From Negativicutes bacterium (lineage in GTDB: Bacteria > Bacillota > Negativicutes > JALHDB01), in contig JALHDB010000001.1 in NCBI GenBank assembly GCA_022840825.1, positions 362,737 through 426,736 of the forward strand: DNA of 64,000 nucleotides. The letters run 5' to 3'. The translations under genes and the position numbers were made by a program. Below are positions 18,613 through 30,227 of this stretch, one piece after another (the stretch's first letter is position 1; each line of letters begins with the position of its first letter). The notes beneath the pieces were generated by a model. The model was not told the origin of the DNA. It ran no database searches and saw only the letters and a program-made list of their open reading frames with translations.

Positions 18613-19394
18613 ATGACCGCGAAAAAATTCTCCGTTACTATCGTGCCAGTGGCGATGAAAACTTGGCAGCAAAATTATTGGATACTGCTGAAACCGTTGT
18701 CAGGAATCGAAAGTACAAGGTATCGGAATTTTTAGATCCTTATGCATTAAGCATAGCCGAAACAATTAGCAACCATTTCCAATCTCTGCGTGTTCAAAGT
18801 GACGGCGGTTATTTAACTGCCGAAAGAGTAAAAGCGGCGTTTGTTCATGAAGATTTTCCCGGTGCAGTTAATTTTGAGTTGCGAGCAATAGAAATTGTGT
18901 GGGACCGGCGTTACTATTCCGTGAGTCATCGAGATGTTCTGGGTGCTCTTATTGGGCTTGGCTGCAAACGGGAAGTAATTGGTGATATACTATTTTCCGA
19001 TCAAGGCTGTCATGTTGTGGTGGATGCAACTATTGCCGACTTTATAATTCAGCAGCTCAATAAGATCGGTGCGGCTATAGCAACCGTACGGGAGATTGAA
19101 ATTGAAGACTTAGTTAAGCGGGAAGAAAAGGTAAAAGAAATCAAAACCACAGTTGCATCAATGCGGCTTGACGTAATAGCGGCTGCCGGATTTGGTGTTT
19201 CACGTTCACGAATGGCCGCGGAAATATCCGCTGATAAATTAAAAGTAAATTGGCAAGATGCCAAAAATGCAGCTCAACCGGTCAAAACTGGTGACATCAT
19301 TTCGATGCGCGGACGTGGGCGAATTGAAGTGACCGAAGTATTTGGACAAACTAAAAAAGGTCGATTCAGCATACTGCTCAAACGCTATTTATAA
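18609..19394 (+). CDS. ylmH: YlmH family RNA-binding protein (S4 domain)
   Basis: Conserved position between sepF and divIVA. ATGA start/stop overlap with proC. Confidence 0.75.
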   Translation: MNDREKILRYYRASGDENLAAKLLDTAETVVRNRKYKVSEFLDPYALSIAETISNHFQSLRVQSDGGYLTAERVKAAFVHEDFPGAVNFELRAIEIVWDRRYYSVSHRDVLGALIGLGCKREVIGDILFSDQGCHVVVDATIADFIIQQLNKIGAAIATVREIEIEDLVKREEKVKEIKTTVASMRLDVIAAAGFGVSRSRMAAEISADKLKVNWQDAKNAAQPVKTGDIISMRGRGRIEVTEVFGQTKKGRFSILLKRYL

Positions 19395-19422
19395 ATTGGT
19401 GATGAATTAAGGAGGAGAAATT

Positions 19423-19875
19423 ATGTTGACGCCGTTAGATATTCATAATAAAGAATTCAAACGTGGTTTTCGAGGTTATAATGAAGATGATGTTGATGAG
19501 TTTTTAGACCGTGTTGTCAAAGACTATGAAAAACTTTTCCAGGAAAATATCGATTATAAGGAGAATATTGAACGTCTTAACAGTAAGTTGGAACATTATC
19601 AGCACATGGAAAATACTTTGCATAATACACTGGTGATCGCTCAAGAGACAGCAGAAGAGGTTAAAATTAACGCCAAAAAAGAAATGGAGTTAATGCTAAA
19701 GGAAACCGAAATACGTTCCCAAAAAATGCTTGAAGAAACTATGAGCAAGGTGCGCCGCATGACAGCTGAATATGAGGAATTACAGAAACAGGCTCAAGTA
19801 TTTCGCACGAGATTACGTACTCTTTTGGAAGCGCAAATGGATATGCTAAAACAGTCTGAAGATGATGGTAAGTAG
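19423..19875 (+). CDS. divIVA: Cell division protein DivIVA
   Basis: MLTPLDIHNKEFKRGFRGY N-terminus and a coiled-coil C-terminal part. RBS aaggagga. Confidence 0.88.
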   Translation: MLTPLDIHNKEFKRGFRGYNEDDVDEFLDRVVKDYEKLFQENIDYKENIERLNSKLEHYQHMENTLHNTLVIAQETAEEVKINAKKEMELMLKETEIRSQKMLEETMSKVRRMTAEYEELQKQAQVFRTRLRTLLEAQMDMLKQSEDDGK

Positions 19876-20182
19876 CTTTTTGGATGGTTTGAAAGTTCAG
19901 GAGACTTCTTGCGGGATAGTCTTTCATGTGCGTCTTCAGCCACGTGCCAGCCGGAATAGTGTTATGGGTATTTTTGATAATAGTGTAAAAATTTGTTTAA
20001 CGACTCCACCTGTAGACGGAAAGGCCAACGCTGCTTGTATCGAATTTTTGGCTGGTATTTTTGGTGTAGCTAAAAAGCAAGTGAAAATAGTATCCGGTGA
20101 TAAAAGCAGAAATAAGATCATTGAGATTGCGGGAATTAATAAGAACATATTTTGGGAGCGCATCACCCCATTCTTGTTATAA
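19862..20182 (+). CDS. DUF167/YggU family protein
   Basis: The core VRLQPRASRN...GKANAACIEFLAGIFGV..VKIVSGDKSRNKIIEI matches YggU. It overlaps the divIVA end by 14 nt. Confidence 0.7.
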   Translation: MMVSSFLDGLKVQETSCGIVFHVRLQPRASRNSVMGIFDNSVKICLTTPPVDGKANAACIEFLAGIFGVAKKQVKIVSGDKSRNKIIEIAGINKNIFWERITPFLL

Positions 20183-20185
20183 TAT

Positions 20186-20214
20186 TTGACTAACCTATTT
20201 TTTATATGTATAAT
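20186..20214 (+). promoter_or_regulatory. Sigma-A promoter for the ileS leader
   Basis: ttgact (20186-20191), a 17-nt spacer, then tataat (20209-20214). Confidence 0.7.
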
Positions 20215-20220
20215 ACTGTT

Positions 20221-20475
20221 ATCTACATAGTTTTAATGGTGATGACAGAGACAGTAGCTAATTCTAACGGTTTCTCAGCGAGCCGGAGACAGGTGTGAGC
20301 CCGGTGAAATTGTAGAAGCGAAAATCACTCTTGAACCGCAAGACTGAATATACAGTTAGTAAGTCTTGCCGTCTAACAAGCGTTATTTCGTTAAAAGTGG
20401 CAGTATAGTCATTAGGGTGGTACCACGGGTAAATATTCTCTCGTCCCTTATTGGGATTGGGAGTTAATTTTTTTT
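20221..20475 (+). promoter_or_regulatory. T-box riboswitch leader of ileS (probable AUC Ile specifier)
   Basis: Conserved T-box sequence attagggtggtaccacggg at 20411-20429. A terminator with an 8-T run (20468-20475) immediately precedes the RBS. Candidate specifier AUC at 20324-20326. Confidence 0.85.
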
Positions 20476-20488
20476 GGAGGTGTCTGGT

Positions 20489-23266
20489 GTGGATTATAGT
20501 AAAACGTTGAATTTACCGGAAACAGAATTTCCGATGCGGGCAAATTTGCCGGAGAGAGAACCAAGTTATCTTGAATATTGGTACAACGAGGATATTTACA
20601 ATAAAAAAAGGCAGGCCAGAAAAGGTATGAAAAAGTTTGTGCTACATGACGGTCCGCCTTATGCCAACGGTAATATTCATATTGGTACGGCTTTAAACAA
20701 AATTTTAAAAGATATAGTTGTGAAGTATAAATTTTTACAAGGATTTGATGTTCCTTATGTGCCTGGATGGGATACTCATGGCTTGCCAATCGAACACGCT
20801 GCGATCAAAAATCTTGGCCTGAACAGACATGAATTAGATCCGTTAACTTTACGCAAAGAGTGTAAAAAGTATGCATTGCAATGGCTGAATGTTCAACGTG
20901 ACGATTTCAAACGGTTGGGAGTAATTGGCGATTGGGATAATCCTTACATTACGCTTGAACATGAATATGAAGCTGAACAAATTAAAGTATTTGGCGAAAT
21001 GGCTAAGAAGGGATATATCTATAAAGGGCTAAAAACTGTTTATTGGTGTACACATTGTGAAACTGCCTTAGCCGAAGCGGAGATCGAATATGCCGAAAAG
21101 AAGTCCCCGGCAATTTATGTTAAATTCCCGCTTATAGATGATAAAGAATGTTTACCGATTGGAATTGACAAAAAAGATGTTTTTGCCGTCATCTGGACGA
21201 CAACGCCATGGACATTGCCGGCTAACGTTGCAATTGCAATCCATCCCGAGTTTGATTATTGTTGGGTGAGAAACGGTTCGGAAATTTATCTTATGGCTGA
21301 GGGCTTGTTGGCGCAGGTAGCCAAGGAAACCGGTTTGCAGCTTGAAATAATAGCAACTGCTAAAGGTACAGATTTAGAAGGCATGGTATTTAGTCATCCG
21401 TTCGTGGACAGAGAATCACCAATTGTTTTAGCTGATTATGTTACCCTGGAGGCTGGTACCGGATGTGTTCACACTGCTCCCGGACACGGTCAGGAAGACT
21501 TTGAAACAGGAATGCGCTATAAACTGCCGGTTATAAGCCCGGTTGATCCTACCGGCAAATTTACTACCGAGGGTGGAAAGTTTGCTGGCATGGAAGTGTT
21601 TGAGGCTAATGGACCGGTTATTAAGGAATTGGCTGAGCGCGGAGCCTTATTAGGAAAAGGTAGTATTCGTCACCAATATGCACATTGTTGGCGGTGTAAA
21701 CAACCGATTATTTACCGGGCTACCGAACAGTGGTTTGCCTCTGTTGACGGATTCCGTGAGCTAGCTTTACAAGCGATCACCAACGTAAAATGGATTCCTT
21801 CATGGGGTGAAGATAGGATTCACAATATGGTTGCCGATCGCCATGATTGGTGTATTTCCCGCCAACGGGTATGGGGAGTACCAATTCCGATTTTTTATTG
21901 TACTCAGTGTAATGAGCATATTGTTAATGATGAAACTATTTCTGCTGTTAGCGAGATGTTCCGCCGCGAAGGGTCGGATTCTTGGTGGGCTAAGCAACCT
22001 GAAGAAATTTTGCCAAAAGATTACGTATGCCCGCATTGCGGCCATAATCATTTCCGCAAAGAGACTGATATCATGGACGTATGGTTTGACAGTGGTTCCA
22101 GCCATGCGGCAGTTCTAAAAACACGCCAAGAATTGCAATGGCCTGCCGACATGTACTTAGAAGGAAGTGATCAGCATCGCGGCTGGTTTCAATCATCACT
22201 TTTAACGTCAGTGGCAACTACCGGCAGGGCTCCTTATGATTCTGTTTTAACCCATGGCTTTGTAGTTGATGGTGAAGGACGTAAAATGTCTAAATCAATT
22301 GGTAATGTTATTTACCCTCAAGAAGTAATCAAACAATATGGAGCGGATGTTTTACGCTTGTGGGTTGCTTCAGCGGATTACAAAGCTGATATTCGAATCT
22401 CCAATGACATTTTAAAACAATTGTCGGAAGTATATCGAAAAATTCGCAATACTTTTAGATATTTATTAGGGAACCTTTATGATTATCAGCCGGAAACTGA
22501 TGCTGTTAGTTTTGATAAATTAACGGAAATTGACCGTTGGGTATTATTAAAAATGGAGCAAGTAAGGCAGAAAGTTACTACTGCTTATGAGAATTATGAA
22601 TACCATATGCTGTATCATACGGTGCATAACTTTTGTACTATTGATTTGAGCGCATTTTATTTAGATATTCTTAAAGACAGATTATATGCTTATAAAGCAG
22701 ATTCTATTGAACGCCGTGCAGCACAGACTGTGATGTATGAAATATTGGTTTCATTAGTAACAATGCTATCACCGGTTTTGTCATTTACATCCGAAGAAGC
22801 TTGGGAGTACATGCCAAAGCAAACCGGCATGCCGGAGAGTATTCAACTTATGGAATGGCCTCAATCGCATCCGGAATATTTGGATGCAGAGTTAGAAAAA
22901 AAATGGGATGACATTTTAGATATTCGCAGTTACATTACTAAAGTCTTAGAGAACGCCAGACGAAATAAAGTAATCGGACACTCATTAGATGCGCGTGTTC
23001 ACTTATATGCAGCAGATGAAATTTTCGCAAAGCTGCAGGCAGTTAAAGAGGATTTAGCGACAATACTCATCGTTTCTAAAGTTACTATTGATTCTTTCGA
23101 CAAAATGCCAAGTGACATATCACCAATAGACGGCCTTAAATTGGCCGTTGCTGTAGATTCCGCTGAAGGTGAAAAATGTGAACGATGCTGGATTTATAGC
23201 GATAGTATTGGATTGGATTCCGATTATCCGACTTTATGTCCACGTTGTTCACAAGCATTGAAATAA
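20489..23266 (+). CDS. ileS: Isoleucine--tRNA ligase IleS
   Basis: HIGH motif ([12 protein letters not shown]) and KMSKS, plus a C-terminal zinc-binding CERC...CPRC. I placed the start at the GTG at 20489 after ggaggtg; the ORF track begins at TTG 20474. Confidence 0.95.
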   Translation: MDYSKTLNLPETEFPMRANLPEREPSYLEYWYNEDIYNKKRQARKGMKKFVLHDGPPYANGNIHIGTALNKILKDIVVKYKFLQGFDVPYVPGWDTHGLPIEHAAIKNLGLNRHELDPLTLRKECKKYALQWLNVQRDDFKRLGVIGDWDNPYITLEHEYEAEQIKVFGEMAKKGYIYKGLKTVYWCTHCETALAEAEIEYAEKKSPAIYVKFPLIDDKECLPIGIDKKDVFAVIWTTTPWTLPANVAIAIHPEFDYCWVRNGSEIYLMAEGLLAQVAKETGLQLEIIATAKGTDLEGMVFSHPFVDRESPIVLADYVTLEAGTGCVHTAPGHGQEDFETGMRYKLPVISPVDPTGKFTTEGGKFAGMEVFEANGPVIKELAERGALLGKGSIRHQYAHCWRCKQPIIYRATEQWFASVDGFRELALQAITNVKWIPSWGEDRIHNMVADRHDWCISRQRVWGVPIPIFYCTQCNEHIVNDETISAVSEMFRREGSDSWWAKQPEEILPKDYVCPHCGHNHFRKETDIMDVWFDSGSSHAAVLKTRQELQWPADMYLEGSDQHRGWFQSSLLTSVATTGRAPYDSVLTHGFVVDGEGRKMSKSIGNVIYPQEVIKQYGADVLRLWVASADYKADIRISNDILKQLSEVYRKIRNTFRYLLGNLYDYQPETDAVSFDKLTEIDRWVLLKMEQVRQKVTTAYENYEYHMLYHTVHNFCTIDLSAFYLDILKDRLYAYKADSIERRAAQTVMYEILVSLVTMLSPVLSFTSEEAWEYMPKQTGMPESIQLMEWPQSHPEYLDAELEKKWDDILDIRSYITKVLENARRNKVIGHSLDARVHLYAADEIFAKLQAVKEDLATILIVSKVTIDSFDKMPSDISPIDGLKLAVAVDSAEGEKCERCWIYSDSIGLDSDYPTLCPRCSQALK

Positions 23267-23274
23267 TTTTTAAA

Positions 23275-23316
23275 ACCCTCACTATTTTCTTAAGGATAGT
23301 GAGGGTTAATTTTTTA
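23275..23316 (+). terminator. Rho-independent terminator after ileS
   Basis: 11-bp stem accctcactat/atagtgagggt, followed by a T-run. Confidence 0.85.
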
Positions 23317-23395
23317 TATAGTTAGTTACCGGATGAATCAACGGTGATTCGGTCATACTATGCAATAAGATTATGGTATTAAAGGAGGTTATGGT

Positions 23396-24055
23396 TTGCT
23401 TCGAAATAAGTTAAAGCATTTCGAAAACAAATTACTGGAAGAAGAGAAACGGATCAAAGATGAATTATCTCAGTTTGAAAAAAGATCATTAAATAATTCA
23501 CAGAGTTATTCTACAAGCGAGTTGTCAAGTTATGATAATCATCCTGCCGATTTAGGAAGTGAGACTTTTGAGCGGGGCAAAGATATTGCGCCATTAGAAA
23601 ACTTAAGAATATTATTGGATAAGATCCAGCAAGCACAAGACAATATGCGGCATGGAAAATATGGCATTTGCTTAAAATGCGGTAGGGAAATTAATGATCA
23701 GCGGTTGGAGGCAGTGCCGTGGACGAGTGAGTGTATTGATTGTCAAAATATTGACGATGGTTTGCAGTCCAATATTCGACCAATTGAGGAAAAGGTTTTA
23801 AGTGTACCCTTTTCCCGCACTTATCTTGATGATGACCAAAGTCAGAACGGATTTGACGGGGAAGATGCATTTCAAGCTGTTCAGCGGTATGGTACGTCAG
23901 ATACTCCTCAGGATTTGCCGGGAATGCATGATTATAAACAACTTACCACAGATGATAGTGAAGGCGGTATAGTTGATAGAACAGATTCGATCCCCGATGA
24001 TTTTAGTGAGATGAATTTAAGAGGTAAGCGGGAGAAGAACAATAACCGAGCATAG
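23396..24055 (+). CDS. ylyA: TraR/DksA family C4 zinc-finger protein (YlyA/YteA-like)
   Basis: CLKCGREI..17..CIDCQ zinc finger after a coiled-coil N-terminal region. It occupies the Bacillus ylyA position between ileS and lspA. TTG start after aggagg. It carries a long acidic C-terminal tail. Confidence 0.7.
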   Translation: MLRNKLKHFENKLLEEEKRIKDELSQFEKRSLNNSQSYSTSELSSYDNHPADLGSETFERGKDIAPLENLRILLDKIQQAQDNMRHGKYGICLKCGREINDQRLEAVPWTSECIDCQNIDDGLQSNIRPIEEKVLSVPFSRTYLDDDQSQNGFDGEDAFQAVQRYGTSDTPQDLPGMHDYKQLTTDDSEGGIVDRTDSIPDDFSEMNLRGKREKNNNRA

Positions 24056-24079
24056 GTCGATAAGCTCGGTTATTTTATT
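24044..24079 (+). terminator. Terminator overlapping the ylyA-like stop codon
   Basis: Stem aaccgagc/gctcggtt followed by attttatt. Confidence 0.6.
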
Positions 24080-24179
24080 AATAACAAAAAATAGGCAGGA
24101 AAAAAAGTATAATTAGCCAAGAGAGAACAACATTGGCTGTTAATCTGATATGATATAACAGATAGGAAATGGGGGGGTT

Positions 24180-24884
24180 ATGATGGCAGAGCCTAAGGTT
24201 AGAGATATATACATTATGAAAATATTAGTCTTAGGCTTGTCGGTCGCAGCCTATTTTTATATACCGGGAGTAAGAGCGTTTATTGAGCAAGGAATCAGCT
24301 ATTTAAAACATAATGAATATGAGCAGTTGCGAAATTTGATCCTTTCGTACGGTATGTGGGCGCCGATTACGAGTATTGTTCTAATGTCTGTACAATCCTT
24401 GGTACCGTTAGTTCCAGGAATTGCAGTCACGATTGCCAATGCCTGGATTTTCGGCTGGTTTGCCGGTTCAATTTATTCCTGGATTGGAGCGTTAGTTGGT
24501 GCTTTGCTTGATTTTGGTATTGCCCGTTGGTATGGCCGTCCGGTAATAGAAAAGTTGGTAAACTCAAAGTGTTTGAATATGACGGATGTATTTTTCCACC
24601 GGCATGGAGTTGCAGCTGTATTTATAACCCGTTTAACTCCGGTTGTGCCGTTTAAAATAATTAGTTACGGAGCAGGCTTGACGGCTATCTCCGTTCAAGA
24701 GTATATCATGGCTACCGGTATTGGACAGACACCTGGAATTGTCTTATATTCAATCTTAGGCCAAAATATTCGTCGAAGTGTTTGGGCTACGGTCGTTATT
24801 ACAATATTACTAGTTGCAGTAGGTATATTAGCTTATCGATACCGCGAATCTATCGAAAAATATCTTTGTCGTCCAAGTAAATAG
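24180..24884 (+). CDS. TVP38/TMEM64 (DedA-like) family membrane protein
   Basis: Polytopic membrane protein with the conserved FITRLTPVVPF motif. RBS ggggggg. Confidence 0.75.
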   Translation: MMAEPKVRDIYIMKILVLGLSVAAYFYIPGVRAFIEQGISYLKHNEYEQLRNLILSYGMWAPITSIVLMSVQSLVPLVPGIAVTIANAWIFGWFAGSIYSWIGALVGALLDFGIARWYGRPVIEKLVNSKCLNMTDVFFHRHGVAAVFITRLTPVVPFKIISYGAGLTAISVQEYIMATGIGQTPGIVLYSILGQNIRRSVWATVVITILLVAVGILAYRYRESIEKYLCRPSK

Positions 24885-24983
24885 CATTTGCTTTACGTTT
24901 TGGCGTTTTTTTTGTATTATGGTAGATAGATGTTGCACATTTACTTATGATAAACTTATAAATATTGATAGGAGATATTACAA

Positions 24984-25439
24984 ATGCTTACTTTTTGGGT
25001 TGCAATGATCGTTGTATTGATTGATCAATTGTCAAAGTATTATATTCAACTTCATTTTACCTTAGGATCATCGTTGCCGGTGGTTCCGGGCTTATTCCAC
25101 ATCACCTACATTTTGAACCCGGGAGCTGCTTTTGGCATTCTTGAGAATCAGCGCGTATTTTTTATTATTATTGCAGTTGTTATGCTTGGAACCATTGTCT
25201 ATATTTATCCTCGGTTGCCAAAGGGACTGCCGTTTTTAACAGTTGGTGTCGGTCTGCTGGTGGGCGGTACAATTGGTAATGTAATTGACCGTGTTCAAAC
25301 AGGACATGTTGTCGATTTTTTTGATTTTCGCATTTGGCCGGTATTTAATATTGCTGATATTGCGATTTGTATTGGCGTTACCGCAATTATTTATACTATG
25401 CTTGTAATGTCTTATAAAGAGGATGAACAAAGTGGGTAA
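24984..25439 (+). CDS. lspA: Lipoprotein signal peptidase II LspA
   Basis: NPGAAFG and FNIADIAI motifs. RBS aggaga. Confidence 0.88.
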   Translation: MLTFWVAMIVVLIDQLSKYYIQLHFTLGSSLPVVPGLFHITYILNPGAAFGILENQRVFFIIIAVVMLGTIVYIYPRLPKGLPFLTVGVGLLVGGTIGNVIDRVQTGHVVDFFDFRIWPVFNIADIAICIGVTAIIYTMLVMSYKEDEQSG

Positions 25440-26361
25440 ACCAGAATACGATCTATTAGTTGAAAGTAGCGATTCGCTTGCTGGAGTTCGAATTGATGTT
25501 TATTTAGCCGAAAAAATACCGTTGTCCCGATCACATATTCAACGTTTGATTTCTGATAGCAAAATATTGGTTAATCAAAAACCATGTAAAGCTAATTATA
25601 AAGTACAACCTGCAGACCGGATAACCGTAGAACAAACAGTTCCACAGACCATCGAATTAATCCCCCAAGCAATTCCTTTACAGATTATTTATGAAGATAA
25701 ACATATTATTGTAATAAATAAGCCCCGCGGAATGGTTGTCCATCCGGCTGCCGGAAATCAGAGCGGAACGTTGGTTAATGCTTTATTGGAGCATTGTCGG
25801 GACTTATCCGGTATAAATGGGGTTATTAGGCCGGGAATTGTGCACAGGCTGGATAAGGATACTTCTGGAGTTATGGTCGCTGCTAAGAATGACAGTGCCC
25901 ATATTAGCTTAGCACAGCAAATAAAGCAGCGTACTGCAACCAGGAAGTATGTTGCAATTGTTCATGGTTGTATTGGCGAAGAACATGGTGAAATTAATGC
26001 GCCGATTGGCCGGCATCCAACTGATCGTAAGAAGATGGCTGTTGTTTTTAATAATTCGCGACAAGCCACTACTTTATTTAAGGTTATTCAACGTTATAAC
26101 CGCTATTCGGTAGTCGAGTGTAAGCTGTTAACAGGCAGAACACATCAAATACGTGTACATATGACTTATATTGGCCATCCGCTGGTAGGAGATCCGAAAT
26201 ATGGGCCTCAAAAGAAACGATATCCCATTATTGGTCAGGCCTTGCACTCGCAACAGTTGCTGCTTGCTCATCCGGTTACCGGGGAAGAAATGGTATTTAC
26301 AGCGCCATTACCTGATGATATGAAAGAAATATTAAGAATGATTCAAAATGAAAGGAGATGA
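25432..26361 (+). CDS. rluD: 23S rRNA pseudouridine synthase RluD (RluA family)
   Basis: S4 domain plus the HRLDKDTSGV catalytic motif. A GTG at 25432 is likelier than the ATG at 25423, which has zero spacing from its RBS. Confidence 0.85.
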   Translation: MGKPEYDLLVESSDSLAGVRIDVYLAEKIPLSRSHIQRLISDSKILVNQKPCKANYKVQPADRITVEQTVPQTIELIPQAIPLQIIYEDKHIIVINKPRGMVVHPAAGNQSGTLVNALLEHCRDLSGINGVIRPGIVHRLDKDTSGVMVAAKNDSAHISLAQQIKQRTATRKYVAIVHGCIGEEHGEINAPIGRHPTDRKKMAVVFNNSRQATTLFKVIQRYNRYSVVECKLLTGRTHQIRVHMTYIGHPLVGDPKYGPQKKRYPIIGQALHSQQLLLAHPVTGEEMVFTAPLPDDMKEILRMIQNERR

Positions 26362-26919
<558 letters not shown>

Positions 26920-26956
26920 GCTGATTTAAAAGTACCCAATCTTAACGGAAAAGTAT

Positions 26957-27005
26957 AAAAGCTCCTGTGGTTAAAGAGAAATCGTACAACCAGCAGGAGC
27001 TTTTA
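26957..27005. terminator. Bidirectional terminator between pyrR (+) and the BASS transporter gene (-)
   Basis: Stem gctcctgtggtt/aaccagcaggagc with one bulged base, flanked by aaaa and tttt. Confidence 0.8.
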
Positions 27006-27021
27006 TTATATTGTCAATAAA

Positions 27022-27984
27022 TTATCTATTCTCTAGGCAAATTTTTTCAGTATCGGAGCTGCTTTTCTTTGCCCACCAGGTTGCTAATATCGGCCCGGAA
27101 ATATTATGCCAAACGCTAAAAATTGCACTTGGCAAAGCAGCCACAGGTGTCAGATAAGTCATGGCCAGTGCTGCACCTAAACCCGAATTTTGCATACCTA
27201 CTTCAATTGAAACGGCTCTGGATTTTGATTCACTCATATTGCCGAATTTTTTTGCAAATAGATAACCAAGTAAATAACCGGCTGCATTGTGCAGAATGAC
27301 ACCAATAAATACAGTTGCAGCTACCGCGGCAAGTCGAGCTGCACTGGCAGCAACTACTACCATGACTATGGTAATGATTGAGAAAATAGATACAAGTGGA
27401 ACTATATTTACATATTCTTGCACAAATTTGTTAAATAAATGTCGGACTATTACGCCTAATATTACCGGCAATAAAACAATCTTAACAATTGACAGCAATA
27501 AGGCCGTTGCATTGACCGGAATGAATTTCCCTCCCAGCCATAAAAACAAATAAGGAGTTACGAATGGAGCCAGTAATGTACTGACTGAAGTAAGTGTTAC
27601 GGATAGAGCGACGTCTCCTTTACCCAGATACGTCATGACGTTAGAGGCGGTTCCGCCTGGAACACAACCGACTAAAACAAAACCGGCAGCAAGAGCAGGG
27701 GATAAGCCTAGAGTTGTTGCCAATAAATAGCCGATTACCGGCATTACAGTAAATTGCATAACGACGCCAATAAATACATCTTTCGGGCGTTCAAAAACCG
27801 CTGAAAAGTCGTTTTTGGTAAGGGTAAGCCCCATCCCCAGCATAACGGTACCAAGCAATAATGGAATTGCCGGAGCTAAAGGCTTAAATACAGGGGGAAA
27901 GGTATAGGCTATTGCCGCTGCCAATATGACCAATATGGCAAAATAATTATTGCATAGTTTGGCGAATTGTTCTAATTTATTCAT
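27022..27984 (-). CDS. Bile acid:sodium symporter (BASS) family transporter, co-transcribed with ilvD
   Basis: About 10 TM segments and BASS-family core motifs. I placed the start at the ATG at 27984 after gaggagtg; ilvD ends 30 nt upstream. Confidence 0.8.
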   Translation of the reverse strand: MNKLEQFAKLCNNYFAILVILAAAIAYTFPPVFKPLAPAIPLLLGTVMLGMGLTLTKNDFSAVFERPKDVFIGVVMQFTVMPVIGYLLATTLGLSPALAAGFVLVGCVPGGTASNVMTYLGKGDVALSVTLTSVSTLLAPFVTPYLFLWLGGKFIPVNATALLLSIVKIVLLPVILGVIVRHLFNKFVQEYVNIVPLVSIFSIITIVMVVVAASAARLAAVAATVFIGVILHNAAGYLLGYLFAKKFGNMSESKSRAVSIEVGMQNSGLGAALAMTYLTPVAALPSAIFSVWHNISGPILATWWAKKSSSDTEKICLENR

Positions 27985-28014
27985 GTCTACACTCCTCATA
28001 ATATATAATAATAA

Positions 28015-29688
28015 TTAAAATTCCAAGGGTTTTAATACTGCACCGGTTGCAGCGGACGTTACCAGACTGCTATAACGGGCTAAATATCCGGATCTAACTT
28101 TAGGGTGCGGTTTTTGCCAGGCGGACTTCCTAACATCAAGCTCTTGTTGGTCGAGTCTTACATTTAATTTTCTGGCAGGAATATCAATTTCAATTGTATC
28201 CCCGTCTTGAATCAAAGCGATATTGCCGGCAGCACTGGCCTCCGGGGAAATATGTCCAATACAGGCGCCGCGGGTTGCTCCAGAAAAGCGGCCATCAGTC
28301 AACAAGGCTACTTCTTTGTCCAGACCCATTCCGGCTAAAACGGCGGTTGGATTTAACATTTCCCTCATTCCCGGTCCACCTTTCGGACCTTCATAACGAA
28401 TTACCACTACATCTCCTTTCTTTATTTTTTTGTTCATAATTGCATTGATTGCCGCTTCTTCCGAATCAAAGACTTTAGCGGGGCCGACATGTCGTAACAT
28501 TTCTTCAGCTACAGCGCTTTCTTTGACAACTGAGCCAAGCGGTGCAAGATTGCCGCGTAAAATGGCAATTCCGCCGGTAGGACTGTAAGGATTTGCTACA
28601 GTTCGGATGACGTCGTTTCTTAAGATTTTGCTATTTGCAATATTTTCGGAAACCGTTTGACCGGAAACCGTTGGAAGGCTTGTATCGATTAACCCAACTT
28701 TTGCTAATTCGGACATTACGGCCTTAATTCCGCCGGCTTCATTCAAATCTTGCATATGATGGCAGCCAGCCGGACTTAACTTAGTCAGATAGGGGGTTTT
28801 TTTACTCATTTGGTCAAATAATTCTAGCTCCAACTCAATTCCTGCTTCGTAAGCAATGGCCGGTAAATGTAAAACCGTATTGGTGGAGCCACCAATCGCC
28901 ATATCTAAGACAATTGCATTAACAAAAGCATTCTTGGTCATAATTGATCTTGGTGTTATATTTTTATGGATTAGATCCATAATTTGCTTGCCGGCAATTT
29001 TTGCCAACATTCTTCTGGCTCCCAGATTTACCGCAGGTACAGTTCCATTGCCATGAAGAGCCATACCCAAGGCTTCGCTGAGACAATTCATGGTATTGGC
29101 TGTAAACAATCCGGCGCAGGAGCCACACCCAGGACACGCCGCCGATTCGATTTCTTCTAATTGAGCTGCAGATATTTTTCCTGCTTCAAATTGACCGGCA
29201 GCTTCAAAAACATTACTGACACTTATATCTTTGCCTTGGTAACGACCGGCCATCATGGGACCACCGCTGACTAAAATTGCGGGAATATTTACCCGCGCTG
29301 CAGCCATTAACATACCGGGTACGATCTTATCACAATTGGGAACAAGTACGAGCCCGTCTAATTTATGACCAATAGCCATAGTTTCAATGCTATCGGCGAT
29401 TAATTCACGGCTGGCTAATGGATATTTCATACCTTCATGTCCCATAGCAATGCCGTCACACAAACCGATTGCCGGAAATTCGACGGGTGTTCCGCCGGCG
29501 GCCAAAATTCCGTGTTTTACAGCTTGGGTAATTGTATCGAGATGAAAGTGTCCGGGAATAATTTCATTTTGAGCATTTACAACACCGATCAACGGCTTGC
29601 TTAGATCTTCCTTAGTGTAGCCCATAGCATAAAACAGTGCACGATGAGCAGCACGGGTAGAACCCAATTTTACTTCATCACTTATCAT
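28015..29688 (-). CDS. ilvD: Dihydroxy-acid dehydratase IlvD
   Basis: CPGCGSCAG Fe-S cluster motif; 557 aa. RBS aaggagtg. Confidence 0.95.
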   Translation of the reverse strand: MISDEVKLGSTRAAHRALFYAMGYTKEDLSKPLIGVVNAQNEIIPGHFHLDTITQAVKHGILAAGGTPVEFPAIGLCDGIAMGHEGMKYPLASRELIADSIETMAIGHKLDGLVLVPNCDKIVPGMLMAAARVNIPAILVSGGPMMAGRYQGKDISVSNVFEAAGQFEAGKISAAQLEEIESAACPGCGSCAGLFTANTMNCLSEALGMALHGNGTVPAVNLGARRMLAKIAGKQIMDLIHKNITPRSIMTKNAFVNAIVLDMAIGGSTNTVLHLPAIAYEAGIELELELFDQMSKKTPYLTKLSPAGCHHMQDLNEAGGIKAVMSELAKVGLIDTSLPTVSGQTVSENIANSKILRNDVIRTVANPYSPTGGIAILRGNLAPLGSVVKESAVAEEMLRHVGPAKVFDSEEAAINAIMNKKIKKGDVVVIRYEGPKGGPGMREMLNPTAVLAGMGLDKEVALLTDGRFSGATRGACIGHISPEASAAGNIALIQDGDTIEIDIPARKLNVRLDQQELDVRKSAWQKPHPKVRSGYLARYSSLVTSAATGAVLKPLEF

Positions 29689-29699
29689 TTTTAAGCACT

Positions 29700-29960
29700 C
29701 CTTATTGGATAATTAATATAAAAAGCCTCTTGCCTTGACTGACGTCAAAGGGGCAAGAGGCTATTCTCCGCGGTACCACCCTTATTATCCTGCGTTTATA
29801 GCAAGACATCTCGTTGGGTCTAGATAAACCCTAGCAAAATAACGGTTGCACTCAAAAATGAGTCGATTCCGGCAAAAACTTACTATTATTTCAGTTTTGC
29901 AGTTCAAGAGGGATTAGATTCATATTTTTGTTACCGGTTCACAGCTTCTCCGGTTCTCTG
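29700..29960 (-). promoter_or_regulatory. T-box riboswitch leader of the ilvD-BASS operon (minus strand)
   Basis: The reverse complement of 29763-29790 reads ataataagggtggtaccgcggagaatag, the T-box consensus. A terminator stem agcctcttgcc/ggcaagaggct at 29725-29762 lies just upstream of the ilvD RBS. The candidate specifier region aAUCcCUCuugaac parallels the ileS leader. Confidence 0.8.
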
Positions 29961-30227
29961 AAAACAAAGTTATATGAAACATGGTCTCTATCATCACTTT
30001 TTAAAAGTATATTCAATTTTGATATTACAATTAGTATTCTTAAATAATGTATTATTTTTGATATTGTAAACTTATAATAGATATTTGTCAAGGCACAAAA
30101 TTATATAATTATAAAAAAATGCGAAATGAATATAAATCTTACCCAAAAATAATTGATAACAGGATAAACTATATTATAATAGAAAATATTAACTATACCA
30201 GTATAAATCATTAGGAAGGTGATATGA

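Noticed and set aside
29990-30227. Very AT-rich 240-bp stretch upstream of fabK, possibly a FapR/FabT operator or a horizontally acquired segment.
   Set aside because: I found no convincing inverted repeat matching known FapR or FabT operators. The AT-richness is consistent with ordinary promoter DNA between divergent transcription units.
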